Notes under the pieces: model-generated
Databases searched by the model: none
Seen by the model: the letters and a program-made list of their open reading frames with translations, nothing else
Told to the model about the DNA's origin: nothing
Position numbers and translations under genes: made by a program
Part shown: piece by piece, positions 43,726-52,657 of the stretch
Numbering within the stretch: the stretch's first letter is position 1
Layout of the letters: every line of letters starts with the position of its first letter
Source: an uncultured Gammaproteobacteria bacterium
GTDB taxonomy: Bacteria > Patescibacteriota > Patescibacteriia > 2-01-FULL-39-33
Length of the DNA stretch: 54,761 nt
Reading direction: 5' to 3'
Assembly: GCA_964361645.1 (NCBI GenBank)
Contig: CAYIBK010000004.1
Span: forward strand, 1 to 54,761

Positions 43726-43863
43726 TTTTGGAAAAACCTTTTGCGGTCAAAAGGTTTTAAAAGATTATTTAAAGATACAAAATTAACAATAAATACTTTT
43801 TTTAAAAAAAGGTGGCGAAAGAATATTTAACAATACAAAAGTAACAAGAATAAAAATTACTAT

Positions 43864-43939
43864 GTCATTGCGAGGCACGAAGCAATCTCATTTCTGATTC
43901 TATGGGATTGCTTCATTCGCTTCGCTCCTTCGCAATGAC
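43864..43939. repeat. A-type element, near-identical direct copy of 37075-37150
   Basis: Same 85-nt block with 3 mismatches, same orientation. Confidence 0.9.
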
Positions 43940-43950
43940 ACATAAAAATA

Positions 43951-43976
43951 AACAAAAAACAGTGTTATTCACACTG
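43951..43976 (-). terminator. rho-independent terminator after ychF and the small ORF
   Basis: Minus strand CAGTGTGAATAACACTG followed by TTTTTTGTTT. Confidence 0.65.
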
Positions 43977-43993
43977 CCCTATTCAAAACAAAA

Positions 43994-44128
43994 TTAGACG
44001 ATACTAATAAACCCAGTAAAAAATCCAATCAGTGGTTTAACAAAACTTTCCCAAACGCCAACAATAGCCACCGCCGAAAGCAGTATCATAGAATAAAATA
44101 ATATTTTTAATTTAGCATCATCATCCAT
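43994..44128 (-). CDS. possible small membrane peptide (44 aa)
   Basis: MDDDAKLKILFYSMILLSAVAIVGVWESFVKPLIGFFTGFISIV. It lies between the ychF stop and the terminator. No clear SD. Confidence 0.3.
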   Translation of the reverse strand: MDDDAKLKILFYSMILLSAVAIVGVWESFVKPLIGFFTGFISIV

Positions 44129-44138
44129 AATAATTACA

Positions 44139-45188
44139 TTATACATTAAATCTAAAATGGCAAACATCCCCATCTTGCACCACATAATCCTTGCCTTCCA
44201 ATCTAATTAAGCCTTTTTCCTTAGCTTTTACTTCCCCGCCATTGTCTACAAAATCATGCCAATTAATCACCTCGGCTCTAATAAAGCCTTTTTCAAAATC
44301 AGTATGGATAACACCGGCTGCTTGTGGAGCATATGACCCACTTTTAATTGTCCAAGCTTTGGCCTCTTGCGGACCGGAAGTGAAAAATGTTATCAAGTCC
44401 AAAGTATCATACGACTTTTTAATTAATTTGTCAAGTCCAGATGATTCTAACTTTAATTCTTTTAAATATTCACTAGCTTCTTCCTTAGGCAATTCCGATA
44501 AATCAGCTTCTATTTTAGCCGAAATGGGAATATAATCAGTTGCCTGAAAAATATTATCTTCATCAACATTTAGAACATAAATCATCGGTTTCATAGTTAA
44601 GAGATTCAAATCCCTGATCAATAATTTTTCTTCCTTATCAGTTATGATATCAATGGCTAATTTGCCCTCTTCCAAACCCTTTTTTAATTTTTCGTAAATA
44701 GGTTGGAGAATTTTGGCTTCTTTGTCATTGCCTCTGGCTAATTTTTCATTTTTACCGATACGGCCATCAACTGTTGCCAGATCGGCAAAAATTAATTCTA
44801 AATTAATCGTTTCTTTATCTGATTCCGGATCAATTTTTCCATGAACATGAGTAACATCCTTGTCGCTGAAATGACGCAGGACTTGGACGATGGCATCGGT
44901 GTTCCTAATATTAGCCAAAAACTTATTACCCAAGCCTTCGCCTTTGTGAGCGCCAGCCACTAGCCCAGCAATATCCACAAACTCAATGGCGGTAGGAACT
45001 ATTTTGGCAGAATTAGACACTTTAGCTAATTTTTCCAATCGGGCGTCGGGCACGGCAACCACACCAACATTGGGATCGATGGTACAAAATGGATAATTAG
45101 AAGCATCAACCTGTTTTTTGGTTAAGGCCTTGAATAAAGTTGATTTCCCTACATTAGGTAGTCCTACTATACCCACTGATAATGACAT
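44139..45188 (-). CDS. ychF: ribosome-binding ATPase YchF (Obg-like GTPase family)
   Basis: GIVGLPNVGKSTLFKALT P-loop, FVDIAGLV..A..GEGLGN, and a C-terminal TGS-like domain. 349 aa. Confidence 0.9.
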   Translation of the reverse strand: MSLSVGIVGLPNVGKSTLFKALTKKQVDASNYPFCTIDPNVGVVAVPDARLEKLAKVSNSAKIVPTAIEFVDIAGLVAGAHKGEGLGNKFLANIRNTDAIVQVLRHFSDKDVTHVHGKIDPESDKETINLELIFADLATVDGRIGKNEKLARGNDKEAKILQPIYEKLKKGLEEGKLAIDIITDKEEKLLIRDLNLLTMKPMIYVLNVDEDNIFQATDYIPISAKIEADLSELPKEEASEYLKELKLESSGLDKLIKKSYDTLDLITFFTSGPQEAKAWTIKSGSYAPQAAGVIHTDFEKGFIRAEVINWHDFVDNGGEVKAKEKGLIRLEGKDYVVQDGDVCHFRFNV

Positions 45189-45342
45189 AAAAATAATTTC
45201 TAATTTTTAATTTCTAATTTTTAAATTTTTTACAGACAACTTCTAAATTATAAAATTTAAAATTACTAACATAATATACAACAAAACCTTTATTTTTTCA
45301 AGTTATTTGAAAAAAAACGATAATTATTCTAAGATATTAACT

Positions 45343-45891
45343 ATGACTGATAAATACAAAAAATTCTTAGAGACATATTTCACGATTTTTGATGTGGAAA
45401 CTTCCGGCTTGAATCCGGAAAAAGACGATGTCTTGGAAATCGCCGCCCTGAAATTGAAAGGCAGTGATATTGTTGACCGTTTTGAAATTCTGGCTCAACC
45501 CACCAAATCAATTCCGCCAGAGGCCGAGAGAATCCACGGACTTAATGAAATATACTTGCTAGTTAATGGACAAAGTATTGATGTGGTGATGAAAAAATTC
45601 TTGAATTTTATTGGAGATTCTATAATAGTCGGACATAATATTAGAGAATTTGATTGGCTATTTATTATTTACTATTGCCAAAAAATGAAACTGGCTAAGC
45701 CGGAAAATAAGATAATAGACACCTTGGAATTAGCCAGAAAATTATTATCGCTCCCCAGTAATACTTTAACTAATGTTGCTAGCCATTTTGGCTTTGAACA
45801 TAAATCTGCTCACCGGGCCATGCCTGATGTGGAGATGAATGCTAAAGTTTTTCTTAAACTTATGGACCTACTCTTGAAGCAGGAAAGTTAA
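45343..45891 (+). CDS. DnaQ-like 3'-5' exonuclease (DEDDh family)
   Basis: Exo I FDVETSGL, Exo II VGHNIREFDWLF, Exo III HRAMPDVE. The start is taken at the ATG (MTDKYKK); the ORF track begins at an upstream TTG (45307). Confidence 0.8.
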   Translation: MTDKYKKFLETYFTIFDVETSGLNPEKDDVLEIAALKLKGSDIVDRFEILAQPTKSIPPEAERIHGLNEIYLLVNGQSIDVVMKKFLNFIGDSIIVGHNIREFDWLFIIYYCQKMKLAKPENKIIDTLELARKLLSLPSNTLTNVASHFGFEHKSAHRAMPDVEMNAKVFLKLMDLLLKQES

Positions 45892-45956
45892 TTATATTTT
45901 AAAATATTCAACTATTTTAAACATACTTTTATTTATTATTTTATTTATAAATTAAT

Positions 45957-46122
45957 CTCGAGCATATGAAAAATTTAGATTAAGCGGAAAGTAAAATGAG
46001 TTACAAAACTTTTACTGTCTGATCCGCCCTGGGCGGAGAGTTTAAAAGTTTTGTTAGAATTTTACTTGGAGCGCTAAATTTTTCATCGCTCGTAGTTTTG
46101 CGCCACTTTTACTAAAAGTGGC
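45957..46122. repeat. D-type composite element copy 4 (arms and gccacttttactaaaagtggc hairpin, central A-type hairpin replaced by a short tccgccctgggcgga core)
   Basis: ctcgagcatatgaaaaatttagattaagcggaaagtaaaat ... gagcgctaaatttttcatcgctcgtag ... gcgccacttttactaaaagtggc. Confidence 0.8.
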
Positions 46123-46138
46123 TAAATAATATTCAATG

Positions 46139-46168
46139 AAAAAACGATCTAATTTTAGATTGTTTTTT
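46139..46168 (-). terminator. terminator-like hairpin after folD
   Basis: AAAAAACAATCTAAAATTAGATCGTTTTTT on the minus strand, flanked by A and T runs (bidirectional). Confidence 0.45.
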
Positions 46169-46172
46169 ATTA

Positions 46173-46976
46173 TTAATTTCTTTTCAAATTTATTTCCAAA
46201 GTATTCCGTAATAAACAAGCCACAGTTAGTGGCCCAACACCACCGGGCACCGGAGAAATAAAAGAAGCTACTTCCAACACATTCTCATCCACATCCCCCA
46301 CTACTTGCCCATCTATTTTATTAATACCCACATCAATTATAATGGCACTAGTTTTAACCATGGCTTTTTTAAGTGATTTGGCCTGGCCTAGAGCAATAAT
46401 AATAATATCGTAATTGGCAGAATCTTCTGGAATATTAGAACTGGTTTTAATATTAGTAATTCCTAAATTAGAAAGATATTTTTCCATTTTATCCGTATAA
46501 ATATCACACTTAGCAATAACTAATGTTTTTTTGCCTTTTAAATCTTCATTCGTGGCTTTTAACAGTTCCATAATAGCAGAGATAGTCGGCGGTATAACTT
46601 TATCTTCTTCGCCACTGGAAAAAAATCCATCAACATCTTTATGAGGTGAAATAAGATCTATAGTTTTTTGCGTTTCATATCCATCAGGTAGGGGCAACTG
46701 AAGCAAAATACCATCAACCTCATCATCTTTATTTAAAAATTGTATCAGTTCTGCTAATTTTTCCCCATCAATAATCTCCGGACATAAATATTTATGAAAA
46801 TTAATGCCAACCTCATGGCAAGCTTTTTCCTTGAGCTTAATATAAGTAGCCGAGGCTTCATTATTACCCACTAAAATAGCAGCTAGACCTGGTTTTTTCT
46901 CTAGAGCGAATATTTTTTGGGCTAAATCTGATTTTATAGTATCGGCCAATTCTTGGCCGTTTAATATTTTTGACAT
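46173..46976 (-). CDS. folD: bifunctional methylenetetrahydrofolate dehydrogenase/methenyl-THF cyclohydrolase
   Basis: ILNGQELA start, LAAILVGNNEASATYIKLKEKA, LLQLPLP, PVPGGVGPLTVA. Confidence 0.9.
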   Translation of the reverse strand: MSKILNGQELADTIKSDLAQKIFALEKKPGLAAILVGNNEASATYIKLKEKACHEVGINFHKYLCPEIIDGEKLAELIQFLNKDDEVDGILLQLPLPDGYETQKTIDLISPHKDVDGFFSSGEEDKVIPPTISAIMELLKATNEDLKGKKTLVIAKCDIYTDKMEKYLSNLGITNIKTSSNIPEDSANYDIIIIALGQAKSLKKAMVKTSAIIIDVGINKIDGQVVGDVDENVLEVASFISPVPGGVGPLTVACLLRNTLEINLKRN

Positions 46977-47064
46977 AATTTCTAATTTTTAATTTCCAAT
47001 TTTGAATGAATTTTTAATTTTGAAATTATAATTTTAAAATTGATTCAAAATTAATAATTCATAA

Positions 47065-48315
47065 TTAAAAATTCTGATATATTGGAAACTTCTTCGTTAA
47101 TTTAAAAACGTTTTGTTTTATAGCAGACTTTATTTTCTTATTATCAGGATTTTTCAAGATTTCAGATATCCATTCGCCTATTATTACCATCTCTTTTTCA
47201 CCCATACCACGAGTAGTCAAAGCCGGAGTGCCTATTCTTATGCCCGAAGGATTAAGAGGTGTGGCTGGATCATAAGGAATCATATTGGCATTGGTATAAA
47301 TACCAGCTTCGGCTAACACTTCTGCGCCCACCTTGCCAGAAATATTCAAATTGCGGCAATCAACTAAAACTAAATGATTTTCTGTGCTATCGGCTACCAA
47401 CTTAATGCCATTATCAATTAAAACTTTAGCTATAATCTTGGCATTTACCACGGTTTGCTTTTGGTCTTTTTTGAATTTATCTGTTGTTGCTTCACAAAAA
47501 GCCATAGCCTTGGCCGCAATCACATTTTCTAGTGGTCCGCCTTGCATGCCTGGGAAAACGGCCTTATCAATTTTTTTAGCCAAATCAATTTTGCAAATTA
47601 TTATAGCGCTTCTAGGTCCACGCAAAGTCTTATGGGTGGTGGTAGTCACCACATCAACATCAGGAAATGGCGAGGGATGAACACTTCCAATTACTAATCC
47701 GGCTACATGAGAGATATCCGCTAAGTGATAAGCACCGACACTCTTGGCAATTTGTGAAAATTTTTTGAAATCTATTTTTTGAGTATAAGCCGTCGCGCCA
47801 GAGACAATCATTTTAGGCTTTTCGCGCTTAGCCATTCTAAGAATTTCAGCGTAATTAAATTTGTTGGTTTTAGGATCCACACTGTAATGAGAGAAATTAA
47901 AAAGCTGGCCGGAAAAACTTACTTTAGAGCCATGGGTTAGATGTCCTCCAGCTCCCAAATCAAGCCCCAGTATTTTATCACCTGGTTTTAGAAGTCCCAA
48001 ATAAACTGCCAGATTAGCTGAGGACCCGGAATGAGGTTGGACATTGGCATGCCATTTTTTATCAGATAAGCCAAACATCTTGAGCGCCAAATCCTTGGCT
48101 GTATTTTCTATTTCATCAATTATGGCATTACCAGTATAATACCTCTTGCCAGGATAACCTTCGCTGTATTTATTAGAAAGTGGCGTACCCATTGCTTCTA
48201 GTACATCTTTTGAGGCATAATTTTCACTAGCAATCATAACCAAGCCATCTTGCTGACGCTGAGTTTCCTGATTGATTAATTTTTTTACCCTGTTTAATCC
48301 TTTCAATTGTGACAT
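47065..48315 (-). CDS. glyA: serine hydroxymethyltransferase
   Basis: MIASENYAS..V.EA.GT.L.NKYSEGYPGKRYY, and the PLP lysine motif TTTTHKTLRGPR. Confidence 0.95.
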   Translation of the reverse strand: MSQLKGLNRVKKLINQETQRQQDGLVMIASENYASKDVLEAMGTPLSNKYSEGYPGKRYYTGNAIIDEIENTAKDLALKMFGLSDKKWHANVQPHSGSSANLAVYLGLLKPGDKILGLDLGAGGHLTHGSKVSFSGQLFNFSHYSVDPKTNKFNYAEILRMAKREKPKMIVSGATAYTQKIDFKKFSQIAKSVGAYHLADISHVAGLVIGSVHPSPFPDVDVVTTTTHKTLRGPRSAIIICKIDLAKKIDKAVFPGMQGGPLENVIAAKAMAFCEATTDKFKKDQKQTVVNAKIIAKVLIDNGIKLVADSTENHLVLVDCRNLNISGKVGAEVLAEAGIYTNANMIPYDPATPLNPSGIRIGTPALTTRGMGEKEMVIIGEWISEILKNPDNKKIKSAIKQNVFKLTKKFPIYQNF

Positions 48316-48400
48316 AATTATACTTTAATATTATTTAACAGGGTGGATATATTTTTTATTCATGTTCTTATATTACAATAAAAAACAGACTATTTCAATT

Positions 48401-48423
48401 AATAAAACCGGTATATACCGGCA
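48401..48423 (-). terminator. leader terminator/attenuator hairpin upstream of glyA
   Basis: Minus strand GCCGGTATATACCGG followed by TTTTATT, about 90 nt before the glyA ATG and directly after a structured segment. Confidence 0.5.
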
Positions 48424-48437
48424 TCAATAGAAATGTT

Positions 48438-48548
48438 CACCCAGTTAAGTAGGCAACTTCGTTACCAAAAATCCTGAAAGGATTTTTACTTAACAGGGTA
48501 AATCCCGAGTCCATTCGACTTCGCTCAGGATAAACTCCACGAAGTAAA
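48438..48548 (-). promoter_or_regulatory. structured leader RNA upstream of glyA-folD (candidate riboswitch aptamer, class unassigned)
   Basis: On the minus strand there is an 11/12-bp helix, CCCTGTTAAGTA...TACTTAACTGGG. It encloses the hairpin AAAATCC-TTTC-AGGATTTT and the single-stranded GGTAACGAAGTTGCC. Upstream lies the helix ACTTCG...CGAAGT. Confidence 0.35.
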
Positions 48549-48554
48549 GTCGAG

Positions 48555-48574
48555 CCTGCCTGCCGGCAGGCAGG
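48555..48574. repeat. B-type perfect palindrome
   Basis: cctgcctgccggcaggcagg. Confidence 0.9.
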
Positions 48575-48607
48575 GGATCTCTTCAATTATAAAATGGATT
48601 TTATTAT

Positions 48608-48640
48608 ATAAAATAAAAACGGATCAATTTAATTAATCCG
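48608..48640 (-). terminator. rho-independent terminator after the NUDIX gene
   Basis: Minus strand CGGATTAATTAAATTGATCCG followed by TTTTTATTTTAT. Confidence 0.55.
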
Positions 48641-48661
48641 CTGTGATTTAAGGTAACTATT

Positions 48662-49156
48662 TTATAACTGTCTTAGATATTCGGCAATCACTGGATCAAC
48701 ATTTGGAGCAATATCATCTGGTAGATTATTAATATCAAACCATTCCATGGCTAATGTTTGATCTCCGGCTATTGGCTCATCAGAAACTTCTGCCAAATAA
48801 TGAATTAACATTATCACCTCCGGCTTTTCAGTACCAGCCTCTGGCACTTCATTCCAAACGACCATCGGCTTAAGCGGTTTGATTAATTTTACTTCTACGC
48901 CAATTTCTTCCTTAGCTTCGCGGATAGCATTGGCTTCCAAATCCAAACCTTTAATTAATTTACCGCCACAAAATTTCCATTTAAGTTCTGCCGGTGGCTT
49001 ATCGCCATGTTTAACTAGCAAAACTTTTTCTACTCCATCTCTATTTTGAATAATCACTGGTCCAGAAGCAATCATAGCATTAAAAACGCCAATCTCACCT
49101 TTAATTGTTTTATTGATATCCATATTAACCTCCTTCTTATTTATTACAAATATCAT
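48662..49156 (-). CDS. NUDIX hydrolase
   Basis: Nudix box GGKLIKGLDLEANAIREAKEEIGVEV. The likely start is MDINKT at 49123. Confidence 0.85.
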   Translation of the reverse strand: MIFVINKKEVNMDINKTIKGEIGVFNAMIASGPVIIQNRDGVEKVLLVKHGDKPPAELKWKFCGGKLIKGLDLEANAIREAKEEIGVEVKLIKPLKPMVVWNEVPEAGTEKPEVIMLIHYLAEVSDEPIAGDQTLAMEWFDINNLPDDIAPNVDPVIAEYLRQL

Positions 49157-49203
49157 CTTATACTAATAAATAAAATTAAACAATAAAAGAAAATGACGCA
49201 CCA

Positions 49204-49818
49204 TTAAAGTACGTCATTATTTAACCTGCTTTGGCGCTGATAATAGGTCATCAGTGCCAGAATTAAAATAACAAAAACAATTGTTCTTACAGAATAGATT
49301 ACAGCTAAAACATTCCCACCTTGTATTGATGGATAGAGGGCTAATATCCCAGCTGATAAACCGCATACCCACGCCACATATGATTCTACATTGCGTTTTT
49401 CTTGATGTAGACTAAGGATTGTTGGAATATAACCAAGACCGATGAGCATTTGGGTGAAAATATTACTCCTCCAAGCATCTTGAGAAATTATTCCAAAAAG
49501 GACAATAGCCGATACTCCACCCAAATACCATTTCTCAAATGATCTAAAAACTATTTTCCTGCCCCCGTAATAAACCAGGGCTAATAAAATAATAACGGTT
49601 GCCAGAAAATCCATAGTGTTTAAAATGCCAGAACGCCAATCCCCTTCTTCAGCCAAAAGATAAGTTAATAGGCTTAATCCAGTGCCTATTACAAAAGTTA
49701 TCCAAGTGGAAAGGGTCGGCACCACGCCACTCTTTTTACTTTGTTTAATCTGATGTGTATAGCATACAACAAAAATTATCACTACCATACCAACAAGAGC
49801 TACAAATATATCTTTCAC
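49204..49818 (-). CDS. polytopic membrane protein, unknown function
   Basis: 204 aa, six or so hydrophobic helices. Confidence 0.6.
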   Translation of the reverse strand: MKDIFVALVGMVVIIFVVCYTHQIKQSKKSGVVPTLSTWITFVIGTGLSLLTYLLAEEGDWRSGILNTMDFLATVIILLALVYYGGRKIVFRSFEKWYLGGVSAIVLFGIISQDAWRSNIFTQMLIGLGYIPTILSLHQEKRNVESYVAWVCGLSAGILALYPSIQGGNVLAVIYSVRTIVFVILILALMTYYQRQSRLNNDVL

Positions 49819-49925
49819 TTTTGAATTCCTTCTTGGTTTGAATTGCCAATGAACAACTTACCATTATATCACTGGGTTAGGTTTTTGTCAAGTTACATTT
49901 TTTATTAATAATATACAAATAATAA

Positions 49926-50141
49926 CCCGAGCATATGAAAAATTTAGATTAAGCGTTATTGCGAGGAGATCCCTCGTAAACTCGGGACAGGCTCCGCAAT
50001 TCCATGTTTATATTAAATGAGATTGCTTCTCCGCCCTGGGCGGATCGCAATGACAATATATTTAGAGTGTTAAATTTTTCATCGCTCGTAGTCCTGTCTG
50101 CCGGCAGGCAGGTTTGCGCCACTTTTGGTAGCAAAAGTGGC
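49926..50141. repeat. D-type composite element copy 5: arm + A-type hairpin (49953-50053) + arm + B palindrome (50092-50111) + gccacttttggtagcaaaagtggc hairpin abutting the elp3 stop
   Basis: ccgagcatatgaaaaatttagattaagcg ... gagtgttaaatttttcatcgctcgtag tcctgtctgccggcaggcagg tttgcgccacttttggtagcaaaagtggc. Confidence 0.85.
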
Positions 50142-51760
50142 TAGATTATCTTAGTCATATAAGTGCCTTCTAATTTATAGCCAAATTTTTCGTAATACTT
50201 GCGCACTCCCACGCCGGCAATAATCGCCATTTTATTTAAGCCTTCTTTTTGACAAATCTCCTCGGCTTTTTTAAGAAGCCTAGTCCCCAATCCGCCGTGT
50301 TGGACATTACCCTTTTTACCTATCTCCGTTAATTTGCCATAAGTATGAAGTTCTCTTATTAAACCTGCACCCACTAATTCCGGTATAAAGCTCCCACCCC
50401 CTCTACCACCTTGAGTGGCTTCTCCCCCTCGGACAGGGAGAGAAATTTTATTATTTATTCTTAGACGCAAAAAAGCATAAAGCACTTTTTCATCATAAGA
50501 CTCATAACTCAAAAAGTATTCCCAGCCTTCACTAGCCCTGTATGATCTAACTTTTAAAATTAAATCATCAATGCTTTGTGGTATGGGATGATGACGTCCA
50601 ACCTCACGACATCTAATACAACGACAAGACCAACCTTCTTTTTTTGACTCATCATCCAATAGTTGGCGTAAATTAGTGATACTATTGCCAGCTAAAATAC
50701 TTTCTTCTGGAATGTCTCTAATTAATCTGGTAATACGCACATATTCTGGCGTAATTTTTTTGATATTAATTAATAGTTTATGAAGTTGCTTTTCACTATA
50801 CGGCTTATATTTGCCACTCTTCCACCAATTATAAAGTTCCGCATGCTCATTTACCACGCAAGGATAAATCTTGATCATATCCGGCATCCAGTCTTGGTGG
50901 GTATAAACTTTTTTAAACATCGCCAAATCTTTAGCCGGAGTAGAGCCTGGCAAATCAGGCATAAAATGTAAATTTATTTTAAAGCCAGCCTCCTTTAATA
51001 ATCTTATGGCTTTAATGCTTCTCTCTACTGTGTGCCCTCTTTTGTTTAAGGCCAGTATTTTATTATCAATATGTTGAATACCAAGTTCTACCCGAGTACA
51101 ACCGAATTTTCTCATCCTGATTATTTCTTTGGCATTAATAAAGTCTGGACGAGTTTCTAAAGTTAAACCAATACAGCGATGTTTGGCGGTTTCGTTTATT
51201 TTTTGAGCTTGCTCCAAGTTTTTAGATTTTCTGCCATTTAAAGCTTCAAAACATCTTTTGATATACCAATCTTGATATTGCTTTGGAAGAGCAGACCAAG
51301 TACCGCCGATAATTATCAATTCTACTTTATCAGTTTTATGACCATTAGCTTTGAGTGCGCGAAGTCTCATCTTGATTTGCCTATGAGGATCAAAATCATT
51401 TAAGATAGCGCGCATCACCGCCGGCTCATTGGATAAATAACTCTTGGGCATTCTAACTTCAGTGGGACAAAAAACGCATTTGCCAGGGCAGGGATAGGCC
51501 TTGGTTAAAACGGTAATTATCGCCACCCCAGACATAGTACGCACTGCTCTTTTGGTTAATAATTTTTCCAATTCTGGGCTGGATTTTATTTTTTTACTTT
51601 TAATTAAAATATGATAAGCTGAGAGTAGCTTTGATTTTTCTGGTGGAGGAAAGCCGAACTTGCCTGATTCATTTCTAATTACAAACATCAGCTCTTTGTA
51701 GGAAGAAGGCTTTGATTTAACTAATGATTTGATTATTTTTTGTAATTGTATTTTGGTCAT
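50141..51760 (-). CDS. elp3: Elp3-family radical-SAM/GNAT enzyme (tRNA wobble-uridine cm5U-type modification)
   Basis: SGVAIITVLTKAYPCPGKCVFCP...SYLSNEPAVMRA...KVELIIIGGTWSAL radical-SAM core, and a C-terminal GNAT (HGGLGTRLLKKAEEI...GVGVRKYYEKFGY). 539 aa. Confidence 0.85.
   Translation of the reverse strand: MTKIQLQKIIKSLVKSKPSSYKELMFVIRNESGKFGFPPPEKSKLLSAYHILIKSKKIKSSPELEKLLTKRAVRTMSGVAIITVLTKAYPCPGKCVFCPTEVRMPKSYLSNEPAVMRAILNDFDPHRQIKMRLRALKANGHKTDKVELIIIGGTWSALPKQYQDWYIKRCFEALNGRKSKNLEQAQKINETAKHRCIGLTLETRPDFINAKEIIRMRKFGCTRVELGIQHIDNKILALNKRGHTVERSIKAIRLLKEAGFKINLHFMPDLPGSTPAKDLAMFKKVYTHQDWMPDMIKIYPCVVNEHAELYNWWKSGKYKPYSEKQLHKLLINIKKITPEYVRITRLIRDIPEESILAGNSITNLRQLLDDESKKEGWSCRCIRCREVGRHHPIPQSIDDLILKVRSYRASEGWEYFLSYESYDEKVLYAFLRLRINNKISLPVRGGEATQGGRGGGSFIPELVGAGLIRELHTYGKLTEIGKKGNVQHGGLGTRLLKKAEEICQKEGLNKMAIIAGVGVRKYYEKFGYKLEGTYMTKII
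50389..50444. repeat. C-type-like GC-rich repeat inserted in-frame in elp3
   Basis: ctcccaccccctctaccaccttgagtggcttctccccctcggacagggagag encodes LPVRGGEATQGGRGGGS just before the conserved IRELHTYG. Boundaries are approximate. Confidence 0.6.
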
Positions 51761-51766
51761 AAATAG

Positions 51767-52480
51767 ATGAAAGAAAAAACGGTAAAAAAAATTTTAGAAT
51801 CTACCCTTGATCTCTATAATAAAATAGCTGATGATTTTTATCAGACCAGAAAAAAACCCTGGCCCATTATAGATTTAATAAAATCACATATAAATAAAGC
51901 TAATAACATTGTTGATTTGGGCTGTGGTAGTGGCCGCCTATCGGAATTAGTATCGGATAATCAAAATTATTTAGGTTTGGATAATTCTGCTTCATTAATA
52001 AAAATTGCTCAGAATAATTATTCTAACAGAAAAAACATAAATTTTCAAGTCCTAGATATTATAAATAATGAATTACCAAACAAAAAATTCGATTTAGCTT
52101 TAATGATTGCAGTTATTCATCATCTCCCAACCAAAGAGCTAAGATTAAAAATTCTTAACAATATTAAAGAATCGCTAACTGATGATGGCCTACTTATAAT
52201 AACTTCTTGGAACTTATGGCAAAAAGATTATCGCCGCCACTTGTTTAATTATAGGTTAAAGATTACTAAATATAAAATCTTCTCTTTTAATGACGCTTTT
52301 ATCCCTTGGCAACAAAACCAATCAAGATATGTCCACTCTTTTTCTAAAGGTGAGTTAAAAAAATTGCTTAAAAAAGCCGGCTTTGAAGTTAAAGAAGTGT
52401 TTTATGAATATAGGGGCGAAAAAACTTCGCGTTTTAAAGGTAAAAATCTAATAGTGATCGCTGAAAAAATAAATCAATAA
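51767..52480 (+). CDS. class I SAM-dependent methyltransferase resembling Trm9/ALKBH8-type tRNA (mcm5U) methyltransferases
   Basis: LYNKIADDFYQTRKKPWPII (compare Y..IA.HFS.TR...WP.V), VDLGCGSGRL, and LMIAVIHHLPTKELRLKILNNIKESLTDDGLLIITSWNLWQ (compare IAVIHHLST..RR......L.PGG..LI.VWA.EQ). It is divergent from elp3 with only 6 nt between the start codons. Confidence 0.6.
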   Translation: MKEKTVKKILESTLDLYNKIADDFYQTRKKPWPIIDLIKSHINKANNIVDLGCGSGRLSELVSDNQNYLGLDNSASLIKIAQNNYSNRKNINFQVLDIINNELPNKKFDLALMIAVIHHLPTKELRLKILNNIKESLTDDGLLIITSWNLWQKDYRRHLFNYRLKITKYKIFSFNDAFIPWQQNQSRYVHSFSKGELKKLLKKAGFEVKEVFYEYRGEKTSRFKGKNLIVIAEKINQ

Positions 52481-52545
52481 TTACTGAGTAAGTTTAATTT
52501 TTATCAAAAAAATGTTAAAATTAAATTATGAAATATCTTCTTTTT

Positions 52546-52639
52546 GTCATTGCGAGGAGTCCTCGTGAAGACGGGGAAGCAATCTTATTTGATACAAAAA
52601 TGAGATTGCTTCACTCCACTTCGTTTCGTTCGCAATGAC
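52546..52639. repeat. A-type element directly upstream of the phosphohexomutase gene
   Basis: gtcattgcgaggagtcctcgtgaagacggggaagcaatcttatttgatac...gagattgcttcactccacttcgtttcgttcgcaatgac. Confidence 0.9.
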
Positions 52640-52657
52640 ATAAGAGAATAATTCTCA

